DNA of 64,000 bases, from positions 271,189 through 335,188 of the forward strand of contig OZ242318.1 in assembly GCA_965208105.1 (NCBI GenBank), written 5' to 3'. Of this stretch, positions 25,415-33,517 are shown piece after piece; within the stretch, counting starts at the first letter, position 1, and every line of letters starts with the position of its first letter. Made by a program: the position numbers and the translations under genes. Origin of the DNA: Candidatus Latescibacterota bacterium. Lineage in GTDB: Bacteria; Latescibacterota; UBA2968; UBA8231. The notes below the pieces were generated by a model. It saw only the letters and a list, made by a program, of their open reading frames with translations, did no database searches and was not told where the DNA came from.

Positions 25415-28185
25415 GCCGCTAACGCCTCATTCAATTCGTCAATCACATCATACATCCGGTCGCCAAAGAGATTGTACATCTGCCCAAGGCCGCCCCTGCC
25501 ATCGAACGGAGCCATGTCCAGGTCGTCGCGGTCCAGATGAAACGAGGTGATGATGTGGTCACGGATCATGCGTAGCCAGCCCATCTGCTCCTCGTTGAAC
25601 TTCTCTCCGCTACCGCTGTGGTGCGCCATAATCCAATTCTGAAAATTGCGGCGCACGGTTTCCGAATAGGGAGACAGTGTCGCGTCGATACCGCAAACCC
25701 GGCGGATCAACGCCACGAGCGCGATCAGTTCACTATCCGGTTGGCTGCCTTTGTATTCATCAAGCAAGGAGTATGCCTGCCAGACCCGCAAAGGGGCTAG
25801 TCGAGGCTGGTCGCTCTTGAGCTTGTCGAAAACCTCGCGGATCATCTCGAAGGTCAGCTCTCTGCGCCTATGCGGTTGGGCGTAGAAGATGGTCAGGGCT
25901 TCGATCTCGTCTCGATTCGCTTCCAAATACTGGCGGAAGTCCTGTACCATGGCTTCGGCGTTCTCGTGCGCGTCGCCTTCCCATTCAGCGCGCTCCACGG
26001 TGTCCAGGCTGTCATGGTCGATGGTCTGTTCCTTGTCGCGACGAATCGAGTCGATCAGCTCAATCAACTCGCCGTTGAAAACGCTGGCAGCGTCACGGAC
26101 CAGCTGCTCCTGAGCCGTTTCGCGTGCCGCCGATGACGGCTCGGCCTCGTCGGGCACCGGCTCGGTCTCGCGGGCCTTCGCTTCGATTTGGTCTGGGTCG
26201 ATGGCCTCCAGCAGATTGCCGACGATAGCGGTGAGTTCGATGCCGCCAGCCTTTTGGCGGATTTGTTCCTGCTCAGCGTGGTCGAGTTGTCGGTTGAGCC
26301 TGGCAAGGCGGCCGGCAAGTGAGCTCACGGTGTCTTCGTCGTGCGCGCCCATCATCACGCCCGTGAGGAGATCCTTGAGTGGCACAGAGGGCTTGGTGAT
26401 GAGTGGCTGGCTGGCGGTCTTGAGTGATTTCGTCACGCCGACGGCATCCACGATCACATAGTGGGTCTTTCCGCTGACAGCGGAAGGGGAGACTTTCTTG
26501 AGGTCGTCATGGTCCAGTGTCCGGGTGCCGCGTCCCTTCATCTGCTCGAAGTAGTTGAGGCTCCTCACGTCGCGCATGAAGAGCAGGCATTCAAGCGGCT
26601 TGACGTCGGTACCCGTGGCGATCATATCCACCGTCACAGCGATACGCGGGTAGTAGTCGTTTCTGAACTGGGCGAGGACGGACGCCGGGGCTTCTTCGGT
26701 TCTGTAGGTGACCTTTTTGCAGAACTCGTTGCCTTCGGCGAATTCCTCGCGCACGGTCTGGATGATGTCGTCGGCGTGGCTGTCGGTCTTTGCAAAAATC
26801 AGTGTCTTCGGAACTTCGCTGCGGCCTGGGAATATCTCGGGCAGTTTGTCGTGGAACGTGCGGACGACCGTGCGGATCTGGTCGGGGTTGACGACGGCGC
26901 GGTCGAGTTCCCGGGCATCATAGGTAGAGTCTTCTTCCTGGATCTCCCAGCGCTTTCGGCGGGTCAGGCGCTCGCGCTTTTCGACCTGCTGGCCGGTTTC
27001 GAGCCAGCCTCCGTGCTGCGTCCGTTCCGTATCGATGACGTAGATCTCGTTGCCGACATTGACGCCGTCAGCGACAGCTTGCTCATGGGGGTACTCGCTG
27101 ACGACGTTCTTCTTGAAGAATCCGTAGGTGCGTTTGTCCGGTGTGGCTGTCAGGCCGACGAGATAGGCGTCGAAATATTCGAGGACTTGACACCAGAGGT
27201 TGTAAATCGATCTGTGGCACTCGTCGATGACGATAAAATCGAAAAACTCGGGAGGGATTTTTTCGTTATAGACAACCGGCACTGGATATTTGAGCTTAAC
27301 CATTTCCTCCGGGTTGATCTCTTCGGCAGATTCGTCCAACTCCTCGCCCTTAAGGATCGAATACATACGCTGGATGGTGCTGATGCAGACTTGGATGTCC
27401 TGCGCGACGAAGGAGGATTGGAGACGCTGGACGTTGTAGAGTTCGGTGAATTTCCGGTTGTCGTCACCGGGTACGTAGGCCATGAATTCCTGCTCCGCCT
27501 GTTCCCCCAGATGCTTTGTGTCTACAAGAAAGAGGATTCGCTTGGCGCTGGCGTGTTTGAGCAGCCGGTAGATCGAGGTGACGGCGGTGTAGGTCTTGCC
27601 CGAGCCAGTGGCCATCTGAATGAGGGCGCGCGGGCGGTCATCTTTGAAAGATGCCTCCAACCTCTCAATGGCGCTGACCTGGCAGGACCTCAGCCCTGCA
27701 GGGTCTAAATCCGGAAGCTCTTGGAGCCTCTCACGAAGGGAACCCGGCTGGGTATGCCAGTCCTGGATCGTCTTTGGCCGAGGGTAGTTGAACACTTCCC
27801 GGGAGCGGGGCCTTGGATCGCGTCCGTCGGTGAAGCGCGTGAGCACACCAGTACTTTCATAGACGAATGGCAGGGGGTCTTTATTGTTCACCCACTTGAG
27901 CTCGGCAGCGGCATAGGCGGCGGATTGCTCCTCGGCAGTCGTGATTTTATGACCCCACTCCTCCGGCTTGGCCTCGACAATACCGACAGGTTTCTTGTCG
28001 ACAAAGAGAACGTAGTCGGCTGGTCCAACATCCGTCTGATACTCGCGAACGGCGATCCCGAGGCCAGCGTTGAGGTCGATCTTTTTCTTGTCCTGAACTA
28101 TCCAGCCAGCATGGGACAACGACTGATCGATCTCGTCTCGCGCCGCCTGTTCCGGGGTTTGATTGATTTTCGTAATTTTGCTCAT
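25411..28185 (-). CDS. hsdR: Type I restriction endonuclease subunit R (EcoEI-like C-terminus)
   Basis: 924 aa. N-terminal nuclease D...EAK (ADYVLFVDKKPVGIVEAKPE), helicase motif I MATGSGKT, DECH box (VIDECHRS), TATP, and a long helical C-terminal domain. Confidence 0.95.
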   Translation of the reverse strand: MSKITKINQTPEQAARDEIDQSLSHAGWIVQDKKKIDLNAGLGIAVREYQTDVGPADYVLFVDKKPVGIVEAKPEEWGHKITTAEEQSAAYAAAELKWVNNKDPLPFVYESTGVLTRFTDGRDPRPRSREVFNYPRPKTIQDWHTQPGSLRERLQELPDLDPAGLRSCQVSAIERLEASFKDDRPRALIQMATGSGKTYTAVTSIYRLLKHASAKRILFLVDTKHLGEQAEQEFMAYVPGDDNRKFTELYNVQRLQSSFVAQDIQVCISTIQRMYSILKGEELDESAEEINPEEMVKLKYPVPVVYNEKIPPEFFDFIVIDECHRSIYNLWCQVLEYFDAYLVGLTATPDKRTYGFFKKNVVSEYPHEQAVADGVNVGNEIYVIDTERTQHGGWLETGQQVEKRERLTRRKRWEIQEEDSTYDARELDRAVVNPDQIRTVVRTFHDKLPEIFPGRSEVPKTLIFAKTDSHADDIIQTVREEFAEGNEFCKKVTYRTEEAPASVLAQFRNDYYPRIAVTVDMIATGTDVKPLECLLFMRDVRSLNYFEQMKGRGTRTLDHDDLKKVSPSAVSGKTHYVIVDAVGVTKSLKTASQPLITKPSVPLKDLLTGVMMGAHDEDTVSSLAGRLARLNRQLDHAEQEQIRQKAGGIELTAIVGNLLEAIDPDQIEAKARETEPVPDEAEPSSAARETAQEQLVRDAASVFNGELIELIDSIRRDKEQTIDHDSLDTVERAEWEGDAHENAEAMVQDFRQYLEANRDEIEALTIFYAQPHRRRELTFEMIREVFDKLKSDQPRLAPLRVWQAYSLLDEYKGSQPDSELIALVALIRRVCGIDATLSPYSETVRRNFQNWIMAHHSGSGEKFNEEQMGWLRMIRDHIITSFHLDRDDLDMAPFDGRGGLGQMYNLFGDRMYDVIDELNEALAA

Positions 28186-28462
28186 CTACCCTTCAAGTTT
28201 GGTCCGGAATGCCCAGGAGAGCTATCAGCATGGGACTCTCAATGCATGTGAGGGATTAGTTCATTGAGCGCTTGGGAGGCAGTATATCCAAGTACATGCT
28301 ATTGGAACAATTAGGCACCATTCCGAGAACATTGTCAAGGGTCCTGATGCAGGTGAAAGGTCGGTAGAATACCCGAGGAATCGATGATCGATTTTGCTTT
28401 TTGAAATCCTCACCTATTCTCTTATTTTCAATGGAATTTTGCTAGATTCGGAGGAAGGGGAC

Positions 28463-28858
28463 ATGAGCCCAGAAAAACTATTCGAAGCCGCCTTCCCCTA
28501 TGGCGAGGACATCTTCGCCTTGCCGGTGGAGGACCTGGACCAGGCCGCGAAGTGGTACGGCGCCGCATTTGGAATGGCCGAGGTGGAAAGGCGCGACGAC
28601 CCCGTGCCGACTGTGGTTCTCGAGCGCGACGGGGTGCGGGTCGGATTTGCGATCAACGGCGGCGACGCCGGCCAGGAAGGCGCGGCCATTCTGGTGAACG
28701 ACATCCACCGGGCCCGGCAGGAGCTGGAAGCCAGCGGCGTCGAAACGGGCAACTGGCGCGTCGACGAGCGCGACGGCGAGAAATTCCAGGTTTTCTTCGT
28801 CGTCGCCCCTGACGGGCTTTGCTACTACTTCCATCAGCCCCTCGAAAACGCCGGCTAG
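28463..28858 (+). CDS. VOC (glyoxalase/bleomycin-resistance) family protein
   Basis: Internal ATG 28463 of ORF 28394..28858, with GGAGGAAGGGG upstream. FALPVEDLDQAAKWYGAAFGM...FFVVAPDGLCYYF. Confidence 0.7.
   Translation: MSPEKLFEAAFPYGEDIFALPVEDLDQAAKWYGAAFGMAEVERRDDPVPTVVLERDGVRVGFAINGGDAGQEGAAILVNDIHRARQELEASGVETGNWRVDERDGEKFQVFFVVAPDGLCYYFHQPLENAG
28833..28858 (+). repeat. Direct repeat copy 1 (ATCAGCCCCTCGAAAACGCCGGCTAG), the 3' end of the VOC gene
   Basis: 25 of 26 nt are identical to 30386-30411. Confidence 0.9.
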
Positions 28859-28893
28859 GAGCAGCTCATGGTTCGAACCATCGGGCTCCGCAC

Positions 28894-30207
28894 TCATGAT
28901 TCCATTACCAGCCGGAACCCGGGGATGGCGAACTGGAAGGTCAGGGGCCAGAAGTTGCGGTAGCTGATGCGGATGTGGTCCTTGGGCGTCGCCCAGCTCC
29001 CCCCTTTGAGGACCATCTTGTTGCTCATGAACTTGCCGTTGTACTCGGCGATGGCGCCGTCGTAGGGCCGAAACCCGGGGTAGGGCAGGTAGGAGCTGTT
29101 GGTCCATTCCCAGACGTTGCCAATCATGTGCTTGAGCCCTCCTTCCTGAGGCGTCATCGCCGGCCGGTACGCCTCCCCGTCCAGAAGCACCGCTTCATTC
29201 TTGCGCACCTGCGCCATGGCGTCGGTGCGCCGGGCGGCGTGCTCCCATTCCGCCTCGGTGGGCAGGCGCACGATCCTGTCCCCGCCGCGGCTTTTCCAGT
29301 TGGCGTAGGCCGCGGCCTCAAAGTAGCTCAGGTGAGAGACCGGCTCGTGGGGATCCGTCTCCTGCCAGCCGTGCAGGGTGAACTGCTGCCACATGCCGTC
29401 GATCTGTTGCCAGTATAGGGGAGCCCGGGGGAAAATCTCTCTATCCGCCAGCCGGAGCACCGGCCGCATGGAGCCGTCATCCCAGGCCTCGGAGAGCCAC
29501 CAGGCGAAGTTCTCGTAACCGCCGTCGGCGATGAACTCCAGAAACTCACCGTTGGTCACCGGGCGGTTCATCATGGCAAAGGAATGGATGTATTGGCGGT
29601 GCACCCCGTACTCGTTGTCGAAGCCGAACCCACCTTCCAAGTTGCCCACCTCTGCAATGGTCTCTTCGAAGGGGATCCACTGGAGGGGGATCTCCACCGA
29701 GCCCGGGGCACGGGACTCGCCGCTGATGCGGTCGCCTTCTGTGCGGCGCTCGAATCTGTTGCGCAGAACCTCGGTGTAGAACAGCTCCTGGTGCTGCTGC
29801 TCGTGGTTGATCCCCAACTCCACCAGCCGGTCGAACTCTTCGCCGTGGTCGCCGTCGAGGAGGAGGTCCATCACCTCGTCCACGTCGGACCGGTACTTCA
29901 ATATGCCCCGAAGAGGGGCCTCGTGGACGAGCACCGCGCCGCGGCAGGCTTGGCGCACGTGACGGCCAGCCCCCTTGTAGTAGGAGTTGAAGTGATACCA
30001 CAGCTTGCCGTCCCGCCCGAGGGACCCGGCGTACCTGCCGAGGATGACGGCGTCGAAGAACCAGTTGGTGTGCCCAAGGTTCCAGGCCGGCGGGCTCACC
30101 TCCTGCACGGCCTGGTGGTAAAATTCCTCCTCGCTCAGCAGCGCCACCATTTCAAGAGAGTGGTTGCGCACCCTGTGATACCTCTCGCGTAGAGAATCAA
30201 CAGACAC
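28894..30207 (-). CDS. egtB: EgtB-like sulfoxide synthase (DinB_2 plus FGE-sulfatase domains)
   Basis: ORF 28894..30225; likely start is GTG 30207, behind AAGGAGGA. PPAWNLGHTNWFFD, GINHEQQHQELF (DinB-type His ligands), and a C-terminal GNVWEWTNS...GGSWATP FGE-type fold. No egtD-like gene is present in the window. Confidence 0.7.
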   Translation of the reverse strand: MSVDSLRERYHRVRNHSLEMVALLSEEEFYHQAVQEVSPPAWNLGHTNWFFDAVILGRYAGSLGRDGKLWYHFNSYYKGAGRHVRQACRGAVLVHEAPLRGILKYRSDVDEVMDLLLDGDHGEEFDRLVELGINHEQQHQELFYTEVLRNRFERRTEGDRISGESRAPGSVEIPLQWIPFEETIAEVGNLEGGFGFDNEYGVHRQYIHSFAMMNRPVTNGEFLEFIADGGYENFAWWLSEAWDDGSMRPVLRLADREIFPRAPLYWQQIDGMWQQFTLHGWQETDPHEPVSHLSYFEAAAYANWKSRGGDRIVRLPTEAEWEHAARRTDAMAQVRKNEAVLLDGEAYRPAMTPQEGGLKHMIGNVWEWTNSSYLPYPGFRPYDGAIAEYNGKFMSNKMVLKGGSWATPKDHIRISYRNFWPLTFQFAIPGFRLVMES

Positions 30208-30385
30208 ATCTCCTCCTTTACCCAAAGGTTTGCTAAGGCACGCCTTTTTGGGCCCGCCGTCAAGGGTAGGAGCTGCGGGTGTCAGGGGAGCCCCGGGATG
30301 ATACTGGGCAGGGCCTGCGGTGGTACTTGCCGTGGGAGTATCCGGCGGATTGGCCAGGGTAGGGAATCAAGGGGGTATTGGCCGG

Positions 30386-30411
30386 ATCAGCCCCTCGAAA
30401 ACGCCGACTAG
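30386..30411 (+). repeat. Direct repeat copy 2 (ATCAGCCCCTCGAAAACGCCGACTAG), abutting the IS630 left end
   Basis: 25 of 26 nt are identical to 28833-28858. The upstream frame is not VOC-like. Confidence 0.9.
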
Positions 30412-31566
30412 TGCGCTGTTAAAGAGTGGGCATTGAATTTTGTATTTTGGCGAGCTTGGCATCGTCCTGGTTTCGATTTCTCCATACGAGGTATTCCTGC
30501 ATGCGCTGGCCGATGTCTCGATGGTCCCTTGGGTCGCTGTTCTTGATGACGAAGTAGTGGGCGGCCGTCATGTGGCATTCGAGACGGTTCATCCAGGAGG
30601 CGTTGGTAGCGGTGAAGACGAGGGAGACTCGATGCTGCCGACACCATTGCCGAATCTTTCGGGTCGCGTGCGTCGACAAATTGTCCAGAACGAGGTAGAT
30701 GCGTTGGGCCTTGCGGTAGCGGTGCCGGATGGCCTTGAGGAAAGTGAGCACCTCCGAGGCGTGCTTCTTTCGCTTGTGATGCATCCACAGGACGTCCTCG
30801 TGGACGTTGTAGGCGCCGAAGAAATAGCTGACCCCGGCGTGCCGGGTGTAGGTGGCTCGGTGCCGCACCGGGTGCTTCTGCGGCGCCCAGGAGGAGCCGG
30901 CATGGGGCTTGATCTGCACGGGCCCCATTTCGTCGAAGCAGACTACGACCGAGTCCTTCGGCGCACGCCGGTAGAGGCGGTCGATGCGTTTTTTTTCGAG
31001 GAGAAATCCGGATCCTTCGACTCCTTCCAGGTGCGGGTACGTTGGTAGGTGACCTTATGCCGGTCCAAGACCTTGGCGATGGTCACGTGCGAGACCTTGG
31101 GGATCATCTTGCGCCCGACCAGACAGTCGGTCAGCTTGCGCAGCGACCACTGGTTGAAGGGTTGGCCGAAAGCCCGAGGGGGCATCTTGGCGATCTCCAC
31201 CACCACGGACTCGTCTTCGGGCGTCAGCGCTGGGGTGCGCCCCGGGTGGGCTCGCGTGCGAAGCGACGCCAGCCCTTCCTCGTTGTATCGTCGGACCAGG
31301 GAGCGGATGTATTCCTCGTGCAGATGCAGCGTCGCCGACAGCTCCTGGACCCGCATACCCTGGGCACTGAGGGAGATCAATTGCCCTCGTCGCATCTGTA
31401 CGGCATTGCGTGGCCGCTTCAGCCATCGGCCCAGTTCTTTCGATTCGGCCGCATCCGGTGTTCGAGCATGGAGGCACATGGCAGGACCCTCCCAGAAAAA
31501 TGGACATAGGTCCCCATGATACCAACATGTACGAAAAAGTACAAGCCTGAATCCTTAACAGAGCAC
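30411..31566 (-). mobile_element. IS630-family insertion sequence with TA target duplication in a CTAG site
   Basis: Terminal inverted repeats GTGCGCTGTTAAAGA (30411-) and the reverse complement of the right end GTGCTCTGTTAAGGA (13 of 15 match). TA at 30409-30410 and at 31567-31568. The reconstructed empty site is ...GCCGAC-TA-GGGGTC.... Length and the two-ORF DDE transposase fit IS630. Confidence 0.85.
30419..31479 (-). CDS. IS630-family DDE transposase in two frames (HTH OrfA 30943-31479, DDE OrfB 30419-about 30990), joined by -1 slippage at an A8 run
   Basis: OrfA reads ...RTWKESKDPDF. On the coding strand, A AAA AAC lies within A8 (T8 at 30989-30996 on +). The -1 frame continues LLEKKRIDRLYRRAPKDSVVVCFDEMGPVQIKP...LVLDNLSTH...WMNRLE (D, D, E). 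Confidence 0.75.
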
Positions 31567-31572
31567 TAGGGG

Positions 31573-32208
31573 TCATTTCTTCAAAAACACATACCGCTCC
31601 AGCCGGGCCAGCTCCTTGTCGTCGACGTATTTCCCGATTTCCCGCCGCCAGTGATTCATGCTTTTATAGGGCCTGTATTCCTCGAACTCGTGGGCCATGC
31701 GATTTCCCACCCCCGGGATGGTGAGGATGTCCTCCTCGCTGGCGCTGTTGAGCTCGAGGGGTACGAAGACGTACTGCTCCAGCCGGGATAGCTCTTCATC
31801 GTCGACGTATTTCCCGATTTCCCGCCGCCAGTGATTCATGCTTTTATAGGGCCTGTATTCCTCGAACTCGTGGGCCATGCGCCTGCCCACGCCGGGAACG
31901 AGCTTCATTTCTTTTGTGCTTGAGCTGTTGAGGTTTATGGGCAGAAAGAGATGGGTATAGAGCTCAGACCTCTGCGAGTCCGCGAGGGCCGAATCCAGGT
32001 AGGCGTCGAATTCCGCCATTCTCAGAAACGGCCGCAGCTCTTTCATCCCTTCCACCAGCGTCGAGTCCAGTTGCTCCAGGGCCAGCAGTTGCTCGACTGC
32101 GGCCAGGTTGGGATTGAGGACGGTTTCGTTTTTTCCCACCTGACCGCGGGCGCCGCTGTTGCAAAAGCATATCACAGCCACCAGGGTTAGAATGACTCGT
32201 TCCATCAT
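31573..32208 (-). CDS. Secreted protein with duplicated helix-hairpin-helix (ComEA-like) modules
   Basis: 211 aa with a signal peptide (MMERVILTLVAVICFCNSGARG). Two 60-aa units each contain (V/I)PGVG(R/N)RMAHEFEEYRPYKSMNHWRREIGKYVDD. Confidence 0.6.
   Translation of the reverse strand: MMERVILTLVAVICFCNSGARGQVGKNETVLNPNLAAVEQLLALEQLDSTLVEGMKELRPFLRMAEFDAYLDSALADSQRSELYTHLFLPINLNSSSTKEMKLVPGVGRRMAHEFEEYRPYKSMNHWRREIGKYVDDEELSRLEQYVFVPLELNSASEEDILTIPGVGNRMAHEFEEYRPYKSMNHWRREIGKYVDDKELARLERYVFLKK
31619..31881 (-). repeat. Intragenic 180-bp-period duplication with a perfectly identical core of at least 81 bp (31621-31701 = 31801-31881)
   Basis: Read directly. The flanking parts of the two units are diverged at both the nucleotide and the protein level. 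Confidence 0.95.
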
Positions 32209-32218
32209 TTGTTTCTCC

Positions 32219-32668
32219 TTATGTGGGCCTCCGGTTCAGGGCCGGGTGCCTGTAGGTGTAGAGCAACCCGACCAGGCCCAACTGGAGCAGGGCTCCGGGC
32301 GCCAGCGCCGGCAGCGCGCCTGCCAAGGCCCCGGAGAGCAGTTCCAGGCCGGCCAGGGTGGGGTACAACTCCAGCTCGAACTCCATGTTTGCGCGCAAAT
32401 GAAACCAGCAGCCCAGCAACCCGGCCGCGACGAAGGCGAGCATGGTGAGGCGGAACAGGCGCAGAAGGATCGACCCCTGGAAGATCAGCCGCGCCGCCGA
32501 CAGGACCAGTCCGCAACCCAGAAGCACCAGGGGCACCAGTTGCCGCCATTCTTCGAAATGCCCGAGCAGGAGCAACTCGGCACCCAGACCCACAGATCCC
32601 AGGAGGAAGACCAGCAGGAGCCCCCGGCGCAGGATGATGGCTCCGCCGTCTCTTTCCCATTCGACCAT
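32219..32668 (-). CDS. Small integral membrane protein (hypothetical, 4 TM)
   Basis: Internal ATG 32668 of ORF 32219..32698 (GAGGTGGA upstream). Four hydrophobic helices. Lies 54 bp downstream of hmuV. Confidence 0.5.
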   Translation of the reverse strand: MVEWERDGGAIILRRGLLLVFLLGSVGLGAELLLLGHFEEWRQLVPLVLLGCGLVLSAARLIFQGSILLRLFRLTMLAFVAAGLLGCWFHLRANMEFELELYPTLAGLELLSGALAGALPALAPGALLQLGLVGLLYTYRHPALNRRPT

Positions 32669-32722
32669 ATTTCCACCTCTACCGCCTCGTGCCAACATAC
32701 CCTGGATGGCTGGCGGCGATTG

Positions 32723-33517
32723 TCAAAGAAAGCACGTCAACGCGGGAACGACCAGGGGCCGGGGGCCATGGGGGTGGGGGATGACCGTTACGGGAATGTC
32801 GTAAACAGCCTCGATAACCTCGGCCTGCAGCACCTGCTCAGGCGGCCCCGAGGCCACCTCCCGGCCCTCCTTCAGAAGCAGGATGCGGTCGGCGTATTGG
32901 GCGGCCAGGTTGAGGTCGTGCAGTACCACCAGCACGCCGACCTGGCGCTCGGCGAACCCCCGCGCCACGCTCAGGGCCTGGTGCTGGTGGGCAAGGTCCA
33001 GGCTGGAGGTGGGTTCGTCGAGCAACAGATAGCGCGGCAGTTCGTCCATCGCCTCCCAGATCTGCGCGAGCACCCTTCCCAGGTGGACCCGCTGGCTCTC
33101 TCCCCCCGACAGGGTCGGGTAGAGGCGGTCCTCCAGGTGGCCGACCCCCGCCTCCTCCAGGGCGGCCCGGGCGATGGCCAGGTCCCGCCGGGTTTCAGGG
33201 CCGCGCAGATGGGGGCTGCGGCCCATGAGCGCCACCTCCAGCACCCGGAAGGGAAAGCTCAGGCTGGACTGCTGCGGCAGGACCGCGCGGACCCGGGCGC
33301 TGGCCTTCCTGTCCCAGGATGACAGCGGGCGTCCTCCCATGGACACCGTTCCCCGGGTGGGGGACAGGTCCCCGCACAGGACCTTGAGGAGGGTGGATTT
33401 GCCGGCGCCGTTGGGTCCCAGCACCGCCAGGACCTCGTTTGGCCGCACCTGGACTGACATCTCGGCCAGCAGGGTATTGCCCTCCACCACCACCTGGAGG
33501 TTGGAGCCGGCCAGCAT
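32723..33517 (-). CDS. hmuV: Haem/iron-chelate ABC transporter ATP-binding protein
   Basis: C-terminal 264 codons of ORF 32723..34498, from ATG 33517. Walker A GPNGAGKST, signature LSGGESQR, Walker B LLLDEPTSSLD. A TGATG overlap with the permease stop. Confidence 0.9.
   Translation of the reverse strand: MLAGSNLQVVVEGNTLLAEMSVQVRPNEVLAVLGPNGAGKSTLLKVLCGDLSPTRGTVSMGGRPLSSWDRKASARVRAVLPQQSSLSFPFRVLEVALMGRSPHLRGPETRRDLAIARAALEEAGVGHLEDRLYPTLSGGESQRVHLGRVLAQIWEAMDELPRYLLLDEPTSSLDLAHQHQALSVARGFAERQVGVLVVLHDLNLAAQYADRILLLKEGREVASGPPEQVLQAEVIEAVYDIPVTVIPHPHGPRPLVVPALTCFL

Noticed and set aside
28861-28893. GGTTCGAACC, resembling a tRNA T-arm (GGTTCGAATCC-like)
   Set aside because: No acceptor, D or anticodon arms can be drawn around it. 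It is part of a 14-bp perfect palindrome in a 35-bp convergent intergenic spacer.
31619-31881. Regularly spaced identical repeats, considered as a possible CRISPR-like array (also the 15-bp tandem at 37664-37702)
   Set aside because: Only two copies exist, with a 180-bp period, and both lie inside a single continuous ORF encoding duplicated protein modules. The 15-bp repeat is an in-frame coding microsatellite. No cas genes are present.
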